Source: Centroscyllium fabricii (lineage: Eukaryota). From it: a DNA stretch of 64,000 nt. Below are positions 1-12,390 of the stretch, one piece after another; within the stretch, counting starts at the first letter, position 1; every line of letters begins with the position of its first letter. Both the position numbers and the translations under genes were made by a program. The DNA lies in assembly GCA_051313645.2 (NCBI GenBank), contig JBNRSN020000010.1, positions 12,090,001 through 12,154,000 of the forward strand, written 5' to 3'. A model generated the notes under the pieces. It saw only the letters and a list, made by a program, of their open reading frames with translations, searched no databases and had not been told where the DNA came from.

Positions 1-775
1 CTGACACCCCAACACTTTTCTACCAGCTACAAGGCACATGTCAGGAGTGTGATGGAATACACAGAAACACAGAGGATAGGAGCAGGAGTAGGACATTTGG
101 TCCTTCGAGGCTGCTCTGCCATTTTGATGAGATCATGGCTGATCATCCAAACCCAGCACCCCCCATCCTACCCTCTCCCCATATCGCTCGACACCACTAA
201 CTCTAAGAACTATATCTCACACACATCCTCATGTGCAATTTTTAGTATCTCCAATTCACCTAACCTGCATGTCTTTGGGTACTCGCCACTTGCCTGGATA
301 AGTGAAGCTCCAATATTCAAGAAGCTCAAAACCATCCAGGACAAAGCAGCCCGCTTGATTGGCACAGAACCAACATGTTCACCATTAACTCCGTCCACCA
401 CCAGTGCATTGTGTCTGCAGTGTGTACCATCTAAAAGATGTACTGCAGCATCTCGCCAGGTTTCTTCGACAGAACCTCCCAGACATGCGAACTCTGCAGC
501 CAGGAAGGACAAGGCCAGCAGTTGAATTGCGAACACCACCACCTGCAAGTTCTCCTCCAAGTTACACACTATCCAGACTTGGAAATATGTCGCCGTTCCT
601 TCACCATCATTCGGTCAAAATCATGGAAATACCTCCCCAACGGCACTGTGGGAGGACCTTCACAAATAGGCTGCAGTGGTTTAAGAAGGCGGCTGATCAC
701 CAACATCTGAAGTGTAGTTCGGGATGGGGATTAATGGCTGGCCTTGACATTGACACCAACATCCCGTGAACAAAT
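1..775 (+). mobile_element. 3' part of a CR1/L2-clade LINE, interrupted by an antisense SINE fragment (~61-275)
   Basis: RT C-terminal motif RSVMEY...YSPLAWISEAP..KKLKTIQDKAARLIG is split by a SINE tail (ataggagcaggagtagg...). Continuous with the longer copy at 42222-44107. Confidence 0.75.
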
Positions 776-789
776 AAGGAAGAGGTCAA

Positions 790-1320
790 CAGAAGTAATG
801 GTAGAGATTAGTCACGACCCATTAGCTTAGAGTATCGTTCAAAGCAGTAACATTTCAGAAGAGCCACTACCAGCTATATTAGAATCGGATCATCACGAAT
901 AATGTTATATTAAGGTCAGCTGCAGTAATATTACAGCCACGTAATCACCAGTAATAAGGTCGTAGAGTCACCAACAGCAACGTGACTGTGGGGACTTCGG
1001 TATTAATGTAAGAGTAGGATCATCCCTGTCATGTTTATGTAGGGCCGCCACCAGTAATAATCGAGTAGGGTCAAACACTGTCAAGTTATAGTTCAGGCTC
1101 AACCTGTAGGTTGTAATGTACGAGTAGGGTCATCAGCAGTTTGTTTTAGTAGTGTCATCACAAGTAATGTTAGAGTAGTGTCATCAGCATTACTATTAGA
1201 GAAGTGTCACCGGCAATATTGTTAGAGTGGAGTCACCACCAGTAATGTCAGTGCAGGGTCAGCACCAGTCCTGTTACAGCCGATTCAACATCATTCATCA
1301 TCATAGTACAAAACAAATTT
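790..1320. repeat. Degenerate 26-bp minisatellite (gtaatgttagagtagagtcaccacca), ~20 units, upstream of GPCR copy A
   Basis: Recurrent gtaatgttagagtag.gtca.cacca units, same family as 17600-21390. Confidence 0.8.
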
Positions 1321-1439
1321 TAATTATGCAATGGATGAGTGACGATTTCACGAAATCAACGCAGTGTCCGGGGGAATATTTGTTTACACCTTCAGGGTTT
1401 GCTGGGCATGCGCAGAGTTCATTTCCTCTGGGATAACTT

Positions 1440-1620
1440 TGATGGGCGGAATTTCATGGACTGAGCTGTTCAATTTCCCCATTGGCCGCCCGGGCGCACT
1501 GGACCAGAAAATCGCCCCTTGTTTGTTAAGTGACTGTAACTAACGCCAATTATTGTGAAACCTAATTTTCTCACCGGGGCACCGATTGTTCTATAAATTG
1601 GAAGCATTTACGGATCTCAG
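1440..1620 (+). promoter_or_regulatory. Putative core promoter of GPCR copy A
   Basis: GC box gggcgg (1444), ATTGG (1481), CCAAT (1546), TATAAA (1592-1597) about 80 nt before the ATG at 1677. The block is recognisably conserved at 21396-21660. Confidence 0.6.
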
Positions 1621-1676
1621 AATCACTCCAGTGAGAATCGTAAAGCAGCGCAAAAATCACAAAAATCTTCCAAATC

Positions 1677-1746
1677 ATGGTACGGCCATTAATTCTGCAG
1701 ATACGGGACATTTTCTACCATGTCCTCGCAGCATTTGGCATTCCCG
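1677..1746 (+). CDS. GPR139/GPR142-like GPCR copy A, exon 1 (MVRPLILQIRDIFYHVLAAFGIP, N-terminus + start of TM1)
   Basis: aatcATGG Kozak context, 70 nt = 23 codons + 1, donor G|gtaagt at 1746/1747. Phase 1 joins the acceptor ttacag|cg at 3379 to give ...FGIPANLLT (the TM1 GN/AN motif). Confidence 0.85.
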
Positions 1747-2409
1747 GTAAGTCAATGTATCCTGTTGCAAAATAACTGTTGACTATCTCAGTGTTAATGT
1801 AACAGATTCCGGGAATGTTCACATTGCAGAGTTATTTATTCACCGGGATCAGTCGGTGAAAATCGGCGGCAATCCTAGTCGTCTTCGCGACCGCTGAGGC
1901 GCTGTTCTGGTCATTAGATCGCGGGCATCGGGCACTTCTTGTTCCTCCCTATATTGAGGGAGGGTGAGTCTGATTCCCCGGCTTCTCCAACTAAAGAATG
2001 TGTTGCTCAGAGCCCGTAGTAATCAGGTAATTTGTGACGTTGTTCCCTGTGTGCATTAAGTTGATAATTGCTCGGAATGCAAAAACGTCCACACAGCAGG
2101 GGATTTGGAAAAGGTATTTTATGAAATAAATTCTACTCAGGAAGGTGCACTCCTCCTCTCGGCAGCGTTTGAGTAGAAGTTGAACGTTTTTTTTCGATCA
2201 GAGTTGAATATTTTATTTTGTATTATATCTTTCCATTAATTGCCGTGTAGTTACATTTAATGCTTGACTGAAGTTTTCTGGACAGACGGGGGATTTTCAG
2301 ACCCTCGAGAGTGAATGTTCAGTGATGTCATTGCTTTAAATGAGGTGTCTTCACCATCGCCTATATTAATGAAAAAATCAGTGCACATAACGCTAAATAG
2401 GAAAACATC

Positions 2410-2580
2410 TGAACATTGAAACATAGAAACATAGAAGATAGGGGCAGCAGTATGCCATTCGGCCCATCGAGCCTGCTCTGCCATTCAATGAGACTATGGC
2501 TGATCATCCAAACTCAGTACCCTCTCCCTGCCTTCTCCACATATCCCTTGATTCCTTTAGCCTTAAGAAACATATCTAAA
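2410..2580 (-). mobile_element. CR1/HER1 LINE 3' tail in GPCR intron
   Basis: (aacatagaa)n tail followed by the reverse complement of the CR1 3' UTR. Confidence 0.7.
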
Positions 2581-2589
2581 CATTTCCCC

Positions 2590-3322
2590 AAGAGCCCGAT
2601 ATTTCTGAGCCGTGCATATCCTGTTTGAGCTCTGGTGCGAGCGTACCAGAGCTCAAACCCGCATGAAGCAGCCGTTTGCGCTGATCATGACTTTCCGTAT
2701 ACGGCCCGCAAGGTGGGGGGGGGGTGCAGAGTTCCTGCTATGGTTATCGCAGAATTCCGGGTTTTTTTCTAAGATTTTCATCGGACCAAGCACTGAAGAT
2801 TCTGCGCTTGGAAAAAAGGAGTCGTTAGCACCCGGTTTTAGCAGGTAAGTCTTTATTTTATTGATTTAAAGTATTGTTCTTTCAGATTTTTAATTATTGT
2901 TAACTTTAAAGACAGGTAAGTATTTTTTAGGCCTATTAAATTGTGAAACATGTTTTTCAAAAATTTTATTTTTTCTTTAAAATAGGTGATTTATGTTAGT
3001 TGGATGAATTTTTTTTTTAAATGTGGTGTTTTTTAAAAAAAATTGTGTTTAGATGTGTTTTGGAAGATCTCTCTTTTGAAAACTTACACAGATTTCACCA
3101 TGTAAGTTTTTAATGGAGGATTGCTTCCATTGATTGGCTCCCTGCCGATCACGTGATCTCGTGGGAGATTTCTAATTACGCCACTTAATTGCCCAGGGAG
3201 CTCGCACAGAGCTGTGCAACTCGGAAAGTCACAGTGCAAAAACTAAAAACTGAAAAAGTGCTGGGCATGTGCAAATAAGAGTACTGCACCCACACGAATG
3301 CTCCTGGGCTAATTTCTGGCTT
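2590..3322. mobile_element. MITE-like non-autonomous repeat filling the 3' half of the GPCR intron
   Basis: GC-rich ends (gcccgatatt... / ...aatttctggc) around an AT-rich core with repeated caggtaagt motifs, a layout typical of shark interspersed repeats. Family not identified. Confidence 0.4.
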
Positions 3323-3378
3323 CTGTGAGATTTATCTGAATGACCCTGTTATTGACCTCTTGTTGCTCCTTCTTACAG

Positions 3379-4279
3379 CGAACCTATTGACAATATTGAT
3401 TCTCTCCAGAGGAAAATGCGGCCTTTCCAAATGTATCTCTGTCTACATGGTGGCCATGGCAGCAGCAGACCTACTGGTCATGATCATCAATATATTATTG
3501 AACCGCATTTTACGTTATCACTTCCCACATTCATTCCTGTCCTACACTGCCGTTTGTAAGCTCATTATATACCTGCAATCTGTTGCCCTCTATTTGTCGG
3601 TGTGGTTTACAGTCTCGTTCACATTTGACCGATTTGTAGCTATATGTTGTAAGAAGTTTAATACAACGTATTGTACAGTGAGAACTGCCGCTGCGGTTAT
3701 AACAACGGTCTCTGTCCTGATTTGTTTACAGAGCCTCCTGTTTTGGTTTTCGTTTGAACCTCAGCGAATAATTAACAATATTCACTGGGGTTGCCGCCCC
3801 AGACTGGAATTTTTGTCATCGCCTTTAGGAATTGCGTTTACCTGGTTGCTAGCATTTGTTTTTCTTGGCTTAGTTATGCTTTGATATTACTGTTTAATGG
3901 TTTGACAGCCAGACGTATTTTAGTGGCCAGTCGAGCCCGCAGGGGACTCCGGGGTCGCAGCAGTGAGAATCAGAGCGATCCAGAGATGGAGAGCCGAAGG
4001 AAATCCATCATTTTGCTGTTCACTGTATCGACCAGTTTTATACTGCTGTGGCTGACGGCTGTCGCATCTTCTTTACTTTCCAGCCTGCTAAGCACCGTGT
4101 ATTACAGAGGCGATTATGCAGCCCCTGCCTATATTGCCGTTGAAACCGGATATATGCTCATGTACTTGAGTTCCTGTACAAACACGTGCATTTATGCAGC
4201 TACACAAACCAAATTCAGGGAAGACCTGAAGCAGGTAGTGAAAACTCCTTGGACATTTATTTGCAAAAAAACGAAATAA
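3379..4279 (+). pseudogene. GPR139/GPR142-like GPCR copy A, exon 2, frameshifted
   Basis: AMAAADLLV (TM2), FTFDRFVAIC (TM3), SSCTNTCIY (TM7). One G is missing between 3849 and 3850 (ttgc-tagc vs ttgcGtagc at 47211), which splits it into ORFs 3360-3884 and 3791-4279. Confidence 0.9.
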
Positions 4280-4371
4280 TATAACAAAGATTCTGGTCCA
4301 AACTAGAGAGCAATTACTATGGTTTGCTGTTGAGAAAATTAAAAGGCATCAGAGAACATTTACTCGGAAGG

Positions 4372-4665
4372 TCAGCATTTATTGTCCATCCCTAATTGCT
4401 CTTGAGAAGGTGCTGATGAGCCGCCCTCTTGAACTGTTGCAATCCATGTGGTGAAGCTATTAGTAGTGTGTTGTTCGGGAGGGAGTTCCAGGATTTTGAC
4501 CCAGCGATGACGTATGAACGGCGATATACATCCAAGTCAGAATGGTGTGTGATTTGGAGGGGAACGTGGAGTTAGTGGTGTTCTCATGTGACTGTTGCCC
4601 TTGACCTTCGAGGTGGAAAGTTTTGCGTGTTTGGGAGGTGCTGCCGAATGTGCCTTGGCGAGTAA
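4372..4665 (-). mobile_element. LINE 3' fragment in GPCR 3' UTR (same family as 1-775)
   Basis: Reverse complement resembles 480-770 (gaacaccac...aagttccc.tcca...cacac.atcc.gacttgga). A candidate AATAAA follows at 4686. Confidence 0.65.
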
Positions 4666-5659
4666 ATTGGTACAAATGTTACAAAAATAAAAACAGAGTT
4701 ATAATTAAAATATTCACTTTGCCGAATTGCAATTAAAGGAACAAGAGCAAAATTATTGGTAATATAACAAAGGAAGGTAATCATCCATATCAACCCAAAC
4801 GAAAACGTGCTCGTTAAGTAAAGGTAACTATCAATGATGATAAAAAGATGAGTCCGTTAAATTTTCCATATATAGAGTTGTATTTTCACTTCTATATGAT
4901 TAGATAATGCAAAATTGTGAGGAATGATACGAAGAGGCAGTGGGAATGTGTCAGTTTGGAATGAGCTTTCGCAATGGTCTAAGAAAGATACTGAGTTCAG
5001 AACAAAACACTTTTGATCCCCAACAAACAATCAACATTTGTGATCGTAGTTAGTACCTTTCATTGTATGTTTCAGAACTATTGCAAATACTGTTTCCTTA
5101 ATATACCTATGTCACCTCACTGCAATGTTCAAGAACCTGATTGAAAACCTTTCGCTAACAATAGCTTCATTACTTTGTGAATGAGCTTCATTTATTAAAT
5201 GGGATTAAATGCCCTCTGTACCCATCAATCTTCAGAGTGCCACTTGATCCTGACCTTCTGTAAAAGCCAAACTCCACTTGGTTTCAAGTCTCTGTGGAGC
5301 CCAGACTTTGACAATCCGGCTGCCTTCCAGCTTCTGGGGAACTGATTATGAGTTTCGAGTAATTCTGTGTAACAGGCACATTCTCATTTAACAGCAGTCA
5401 GACGATCAATAGTAGTTACGGCTTCATGCAGTGGTTTTCACTCGATGACACCCAGAAGAGATGCATGTGCAGCCAGCTACAATCGTGAGAATTCCATCTG
5501 CAATCAACCACATTATTCAAAATCAAAAAGTAAAATAGAAAGCAAAGTTAACCATTACATAACCGTGTCAAATTGCATCCCATATGATTGTGATTCTGGA
5601 CCTCATTTCTAATTAAACAGCCACTACTTAAAATTCACTCTTCTATAAACGTTTCCAAT

Positions 5660-5790
5660 TCAGACGAAGGGTTCGATCCGAAACGTTATCTTTGTTTCTC
5701 TCTCCTCGATGCAGCCTGAACTGCTGAGTGATTCCAGCATTTTCTCTTGTTATTTCAGATTGCATGCTCCGCTCTATTTGGCTATTTGTA
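5660..5790 (+). mobile_element. Penelope-type terminal repeat fragment with degenerate hammerhead-like core
   Basis: cagacgaagggttcgatccgaaacgtt...gatgcagcctgaactgctgag...ttccagcattttc. The core reads CAGACGA...GAAA rather than CTGANGA...GAAA. Confidence 0.5.
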
Positions 5791-5864
5791 TTGACAAGTT
5801 GCTATGTGCTTCTGGCATTCCTGTGAACTCTATTTGTTATTAAACGGTGAATATCTTTCTACGT

Positions 5865-7060
5865 CCCCGAAATTACACTGTCTCTATCTCTAATCACACA
5901 GTTACTGTGAACCCTTAAATTGCCCTGTCTTCTATCTCTACTGACATCGTTACTGTGTTCCCCTAAATTACCCTGTCATCTAGCTCTCATTAAACAGTTA
6001 CTGTGTGCCCTAAATTACCCTGTCCCCTATCTCTAATTACGCAGTTACTGTGTTCCCCTAAATTATCTTGTCCTCTATCACTAATTACACGCTTACTGGG
6101 TAACGCTATACTACCCTGTCCTCTATCTACTTTGCACAGTTACTGGGCTCCCCTCAATTACCCTGTCCTCTTTCACTAATTACAGTTAGTTTCCCCTGAA
6201 GTACCCTGTCCGCGTGCCCTAATTATAATGACTACATTCCACCAAATTACCCTATTTAATTACACTGTTAATGTGATCCCCAAATTAACGTGTCCTCTAT
6301 CTCTAATTACACTGTTACTGTGTTCTCCTAAATGACCTTGTCCTCCCTCTAATTACACAGTTACTGTGTTCCCTTAAATTACCCTGTCTGCTATCTCTTA
6401 TTCCACCTTTAATGTGTTCCCATTAATTAAACTGTTCTCCATCTCTAATTATACAGTTGCAGTGTTCCTCTAAATTGCCCTGTCCTCTATTTCTACTTGC
6501 ACAGTTACTCTGTTGCTCTTAATTACACTGTCCTCTATCTATTATTAGACAATTACTAATTTCACCTAAATGACCCTGTCTTCTCTCAAGTCATTTACTC
6601 TATCACTGGATATAGAGTTAGTTTCCACTAAATAATCCTGTCCACACTCTCTCATTACAGTTTCATTTTCCACTAAATTACCCTGTCCTCTAGCTCTCAT
6701 TAAACAGCTACTGTCATCCCCTAAATTACCCTGTCCTCTATTTCCAATTACACATTTACTGGGTTCCTCTAAATTAGCCTACCCTCTATCTCAAATAACA
6801 CTGTTAGTGTAAAGTCAGTTTAATCTATTTCCGTATAATTACTGTCTGCATTACTCAAATTACCCATTTCTCTATTTCTAATTCAGCAATTGCTGTTTTA
6901 CCCTATATATCCCGTTATTCTACTGATAAGTAAACCATTGTTTAACTCCCCTAAAGTCTCCTTTATTCGAGTTTAATTAGAAAGTTGCTGCCTTCCCCTA
7001 AATATACCTTTCCTTTAATTTAATTTAGCACATACTGTAATCCCGTGAAGTCCCCTATTA
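5865..7060. repeat. 48-bp minisatellite (taaattaccctgtcctctatctctaattacacagttactgtgttcccc), ~25 units
   Basis: Visible 48-bp periodicity, decaying toward the right. Confidence 0.85.
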
Positions 7061-7544
7061 CCCATCGTGTAAGCTTTTGTTGTCCTGGAGTCCACCTCCT
7101 GCTGCCTTAATCCTATTCCAAATGAACAGGTGACCAGGCTGTTTCTCTTCCTAGACCCATGCTGTCAGATTATGAACAGTTCCCTCAGCTCTGGCACTAT
7201 CCGCTCCCTTTCAGATCAGCCACCCTCACTCCCTCATGGCAAATGCAACATTGAGTCCTCTACCTTTTGCAATCTACTGCCGCATCTCCAACATCATAAT
7301 CCTGTCCAAATACCTTATTGTTGGCGTATTGTCGGCCCCATAATTCGTGTCCATCTCTCCCGCAATTCCCTGTTTAAATCTATCCAATCTAATTTCTGCC
7401 TTTTCACAGCACTTGAAACGGCCATAATTGAATTCTCAAATTATATGCTCTGTGACTGTGACCATGGTGTAGCCCTGCAATCTTCCCGCGATCGATGCTG
7501 CGTGGTCCATCCAGTTTGATTCTTACGGAGTTTTGTAGTATTTT

Positions 7545-7880
7545 GTTACAACTAAGAGGCTTGCTGGTGTATTGCAGTCGCGAGTTAGAGTCAACACCAT
7601 TGCTGTGGGTCTGGAATCGCATATTTGCCTGACCTGGTAAGGACAGCAGATTCCTTCCCTGAAGGGCATTAGTGAACCAGTTGGGTTTTTAACACAGTGC
7701 AATACTTTCATGGCCACCATTACCGATACTAGCTTTTTATTCCAGACTTTTATTTCATTAATTGAATTTAATTTCCCCCAGCTGCGTAGTGGACGTTGAG
7801 CTCACGTCTCCAGATCATTACGTCATGGTCACTGGATTACTTGTCCAGCAATTCAAACGGTTTACCGTCATGCCCACCTG
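7545..7880 (-). mobile_element. tRNA-derived SINE (SacSINE1/Deu-like)
   Basis: Reverse strand reads ...aacccaactggttcactaatgcccttcagggaaggaatctgctgtccttaccagg... This is the empty site of the ERV found in copy B. Confidence 0.6.
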
Positions 7881-8056
7881 GGAGCCCAGAGTTAGAAATC
7901 GCATCATGTTATTGCTTCACTTTGTAAAGTCCTACTTCTGGTCAGTAATATCTCAGTTCCTGTTCCGTGACAGACTGATAGATCTACGTCTCATAGAGCT
8001 GTGCATGCAACAAGGAAATTAATATTCCCATGTTAATAAAGGAAAGCCACTAATGA

Positions 8057-8459
8057 GGGCGGCACGGTGGCACAGTCGTTAGCACTATTGTCTCACAGCA
8101 CTGGAGACCCGGGTTCAAATCCAGCCTCGGGTACTATCTGTGTGGAGTTTGCGCATTCTCCCCGTGTCTGCGTGGGTTTCCTCCGGGTGCTCCGGTTTCC
8201 TCCCACAGTCCAAAGATGTGCCGGTTAGGTTGATTGGCCATGATAAATTGACCCTTAGTGTTAGGGGGATTGAATAGGTGGAGTTACGGGGATAGGGTGG
8301 GATATGTGTCGATGCAGGCTCAATAGGGATCGAGGGATATGGGGAGAGGGCAGGGACGTGGTACTGGGTTTGGATGATCAGCCATGATCTCATTGAATGG
8401 CGGAGCAGGCTCGAAGGGCCGAATGACCTACTCCTGCTCCTATCTTCTATGTTTCTATG
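8057..8459 (+). mobile_element. Full-length HE1-type V-SINE
   Basis: tRNA-like head (gggcggcacggtggcacagt...ggttcaaatcc), V-core tgtgtggagtttgc..ttctccccgtgtctgcgtgggtttcctccgggtgctccgg, and CR1-derived tail ending ttctatgtttctatg. Confidence 0.9.
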
Positions 8460-8869
8460 ATTGCATCAAACACAGGAATGTCTGGTGAAAATATTTGTCG
8501 AGAGACAGATATACAAACACGAGGCCTATAAAATGAAAATGTAGACTTAGTGAAGAAGATCGACAGCGTTTTAGATTTTAGATTTAAAGTGAGGACAGGA
8601 GGACAGGAAATTCCACCTTTTTCTCAGCAACAACACATTGGTCATAGTCACTGTTTGCTCGTAGTTTCTGTTTCTTCTTCCTTGATAGGGTCATTTTTGT
8701 GCTGAATAATGGGTGCAGAAATTCAGCACAGCCCAGGATAACATGTGTGGATGAACAACTTCCACGTCTCCTCAGTCACAATCTCGCATTATTTAACATC
8801 TGGTAAACTGCACCTGAAAAACTCTGCCTCCCTTTTTAAATGCCCACCCCTCCACTGATGATAATCTTC

Positions 8870-9210
8870 TTCAAAGTCTCTCTCTCTCGCTCGCTGTACC
8901 TCACTATTTCGCTCTTGTCTCTATCTGTGCTTCACTCTCTTTTTCTTTCAGTCTTCTTTTCCTGTCGCTCTCTTGGTCTCCTCACTCTATTTTTGTATCC
9001 CTCTCTTTCTCCTCATTCGCTGCCTCGTTTTCTCTCTGTCCCTCTGTTTCGCTTGTATTTGCGTCACAGCCCCCTCTCTATATTTGTATCCCTCATTCTC
9101 TGTTTTTCGCTAATGTCTCGCTGTCTCATTGTGGATGTAATTGTCTATTTGTGAATGTCGTTGTCATCAATTGCTGCTTCTCTCCCTATATCTGTCTTTC
9201 TGTCTCTAGC
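8870..9210. repeat. CT-rich low-complexity tract
   Basis: Pyrimidine-rich (ct)n-like sequence; accounts for the spurious Leu/Ser-rich ORF 8840-9154. Confidence 0.7.
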
Positions 9211-9255
9211 CCTAAACCTTTGTGTGTTTGATGGGACAGCCCAACCTCTAACTCA

Positions 9256-10387
9256 CACATGGGATTGGGGGTAATGTGTTGACGTGGATTGAGAACTCGT
9301 TGGCACACAGGAAACAAAGAGTAGGAGTAAATAGGTACTTTTCAGAATGGCATGCAGTGACCAGCGGGGTACCGCAAGGTTCGGTGCTGGGTCCCCAGCT
9401 GTTTACATTATATATTAATGATCTGGACGAAGGGATTAAATGTTGAACTTCCAAATTTGCGGATGACACTAAATTGGGAGGCAGTGTGAGCTGCGAGGAG
9501 GATGCTAAGAGGCTACAGAGTGACTTGCACAGGTTAGGTGAATGGGCAAATATATGGTAAATGAAGTACAATGTTGATAAATGTGAGGTTATCCACTTTG
9601 GTGGTAAAAATAGAAAGACAGACTATTATTTGAATGGTGACAGATTAGGGAAAGGGGAGGTGCAACGAGATCTGGGCGTCCTGGTACATCAGTCACTGAA
9701 TGTGGAAATGCATGTACAGCAGGCAGTTAAGAAAGCAAACGGCATGTTGGTCTTCATAGCAAAGGGATTTGAGTACAGGAGTAGGGAGCTGTTGCTACAG
9801 TTGTACAGGGCTTTGGTGAGGCCACACTTTGAGTATTTTGTGCAGTTTTGGTCCCCTAACTTGATAAAGGGCATTTTACTATTGAGGGAGCGCAGCGAAG
9901 GTTCACTAGATTGATTCCTGGGATGGCCGGACTGACATATCAAGAAAGACTGGATCAACTGAACTTGTACTCTCTGGTGTTCAGCAGAATGAGGGAGATC
10001 TCATACAAATGTTTAAAATACTGACGGGTTTAGACAGGTTAGACGCGGGCAGAATGTTCCCATTGTTAGGGAAGTCCAAAACCAGGGGGCACAGACTAAG
10101 GTTAAGGGGTAAGCTATTTAGGACCGAGATGAGGAGAAACTTCTACACCCAGAGATGGTGAACCTGTGGAATTCTCTACCACAGAATGTTGTTGAGGTCA
10201 ATTCACTAAATATATTCAAAACGGAGTTAGATGTAATACTTACAACTAGGGGGATCAAGGGATATGGTGCGAAATCAGGAATGGGGTACTGATGTAGCAT
10301 GATCAGCAATGAACGTGTTGAATGGCGGTGCCTGCTCGAAGGGCCGAATGGTCTACTCCTGCACCTATTTTCTATGTATCTATGTTT
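9256..10387 (+). mobile_element. CR1 (HER1-like) LINE, 5'-truncated
   Basis: [37 protein letters not shown] motifs with stops and frameshifts; tail ctatgtatctatgttt. Confidence 0.92.
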
Positions 10388-11029
10388 CTCCCTTGATTTT
10401 GTTACTCTGCAACTTCCGCTGTCAGAGCAACAATTACCTGGAGTGGCACTTTGAAAGTAATATCGAAACGAACATAATCAACGCCAGAAGGTAACTGTAT
10501 CCGGTTAACCAGTTCTAGGTTGTAAGTGCACACCACTAGCCAGAAGAGAAGAGGAACAAAGTGTCACTTTGAGCAGACCTGTAGGAAACGTGGAGTAAAA
10601 TAGTCACATTTCAATCTTTGAAAATCAAGTTTACGTTAACAAGTTATCACGGTCCATCGCAGGTCAGATTGAGCTTCCTTTGACACAATAAAGTGCTTGA
10701 CCCTGTCGCAAGACAATTACTTTCAGTTCTTGAGACATCGAGAGGAAAGTCAATGTTCTAAGCATCTGGGATCAATACAACTAAAAATGAGATGTGAAGT
10801 CGATAACAAAGCAAATCTATTCTTCAGTCTTAAATTACAAGTTTGAAAATGACCGGAGCAGTGGAACAACCTCATTATTTTTCAGAAATATATCAAGTAC
10901 TTCTGGACCACCATCTCATTCTGTCCCCAGAGAAAATGTTAGCATCTTGTGAGCAAAAGCAAGACGTACATCTGAAAAAACCTCCAGCTACACCAAACAG
11001 CAACTGCCAACAGGTTAGGTTCCGTAGAA

Positions 11030-11800
11030 GTTTGACACATAATACACATCCATCTATCCTGTCCCATCAAACACACATAGGGCAGGTACAGCACGTGTTA
11101 CATAAAATGTAAAGCTCCCTCTACAATATCACATTTTATATTTCCAGGGCATGTAAGGCACTGGTGAGATACTGAGCAGAACTCACACTGCAATAGCCCT
11201 TCAAACACTCACACCAACTACCGTCAAGTTATACAGAGTAAGGGTTAGCTAACGCATGAGTCAAATACAGAGTTAAGCTCCATCTATTCCGTCCCATCAA
11301 ACACGCCCAGGGTAGGTACAGCATAGGTCATATAGGGAGTAAATATCTCGCTACACTGTCCCATCAAACACTCCCAGGGAAGGTGCAACTTGCGTCAGAT
11401 ACAGATTAAAACGACCTGTACAGTGGCCAATCAAACACTCACATCAACTAACATGAGTTAAAGTACATGAGTGGGCCAGATAAAACATGCGAAAGATACA
11501 GAGTATAGCTCCATCTACACTGGTCCATGAAACATTCCCAGGGCAGGTACAGCACAGGTTAGATACAGTTTGACGCGTTCGCTGCAATGTCCCAGCAAAA
11601 CCACCCAGGGAAGGTATAGCACGGGATAGATACAGAGTAAAGCTCTTTATATACTGTTCCATAAAGCAATCCTAGGTTTGGTACAATACGAGTTTGATAC
11701 ACAGTTAGTCTCCCTCTGTATATCCTTCTCAAATACTCAAGGTGCATTTACAGTTGTGGATATGGAATAGTGATTCATCTACGCAGTCCACTCAAACAAA
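11030..11800. repeat. ~67-bp minisatellite (ctacactgtcccatcaaacactcccagggcaggtacagcacgggttagatacagagtaaagctccct)
   Basis: About 11 diverged tandem units. Confidence 0.85.
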
Positions 11801-12227
11801 TATACGCTTAACACTGGCAGTTAGTCAATGGTTACACTCAGGATATGAAAAGAGAGTCATACCACCCAGATCAGCGCAATGTGGGCCAAATACTCTCCCA
11901 TTATATGGGCGTAGCTTTCTCTTGATGTGTTGCAAATGATAAAACTTGTCAGCAGTGAAATTGGTGCCAGGTCTGCCAAGGAACTGAAGAACATACGCTT
12001 GGTCAGACTTTCCTGTTCTGAGATGCCTGTTCATTGAAATGGATATAAGAATCATTGTTGAAGTCACTGTTGGAAAAGTGCTTCCACTTGTCTAGCAAAT
12101 CAGTCCAATAATGGAAACTCAGCACCGCAGGACATCAGGAATCAATAACAGTCATCCGAAGCTGGAGCATTTCTTAATACATGAGTTCAACTGTCAGTAC
12201 CATACATTCATCTCAATTAGACTCCAT

Positions 12228-12390
12228 GGGGGTAATTTTAACTTTGGACACGGGTGCAAAGTGGACGTTATTGAATTGGTCGCCATTTTATGCCACGCCC
12301 AATGTTCCCTTTGATTAACGTCATGGTGTATATTAGGCGGATAATTCCATATCGTCCATTTTACACCATCACTCAACGTTATAATTACCC
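12228..12390. mobile_element. MITE-like element with terminal inverted repeats
   Basis: gggtaattttaac ... gttataattaccc. A related, more decayed element lies at ~12625-12878. Confidence 0.55.

Noticed and set aside
3791-4279. Separate 162-aa gene
   Set aside because: It is the post-frameshift half of GPCR copy A.
5660-5690. Active hammerhead ribozyme
   Set aside because: Core reads CAGACGA rather than CUGANGA, so it is probably an inactive Penelope relic.
8057-8130. tRNA gene
   Set aside because: tRNA-derived SINE head followed by V-core and LINE tail; the same applies to the other SINE copies.
8115-8393. Recurrent 92-aa ORF family MRSWLIIQTQ... (also 18005, 23419, 57138)
   Set aside because: Antisense reading of the HE1-type SINE, not a protein family.
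8840-9154. Hydrophobic membrane-protein ORF
   Set aside because: Product of a CT-rich low-complexity tract; the frame is not conserved in copy B.
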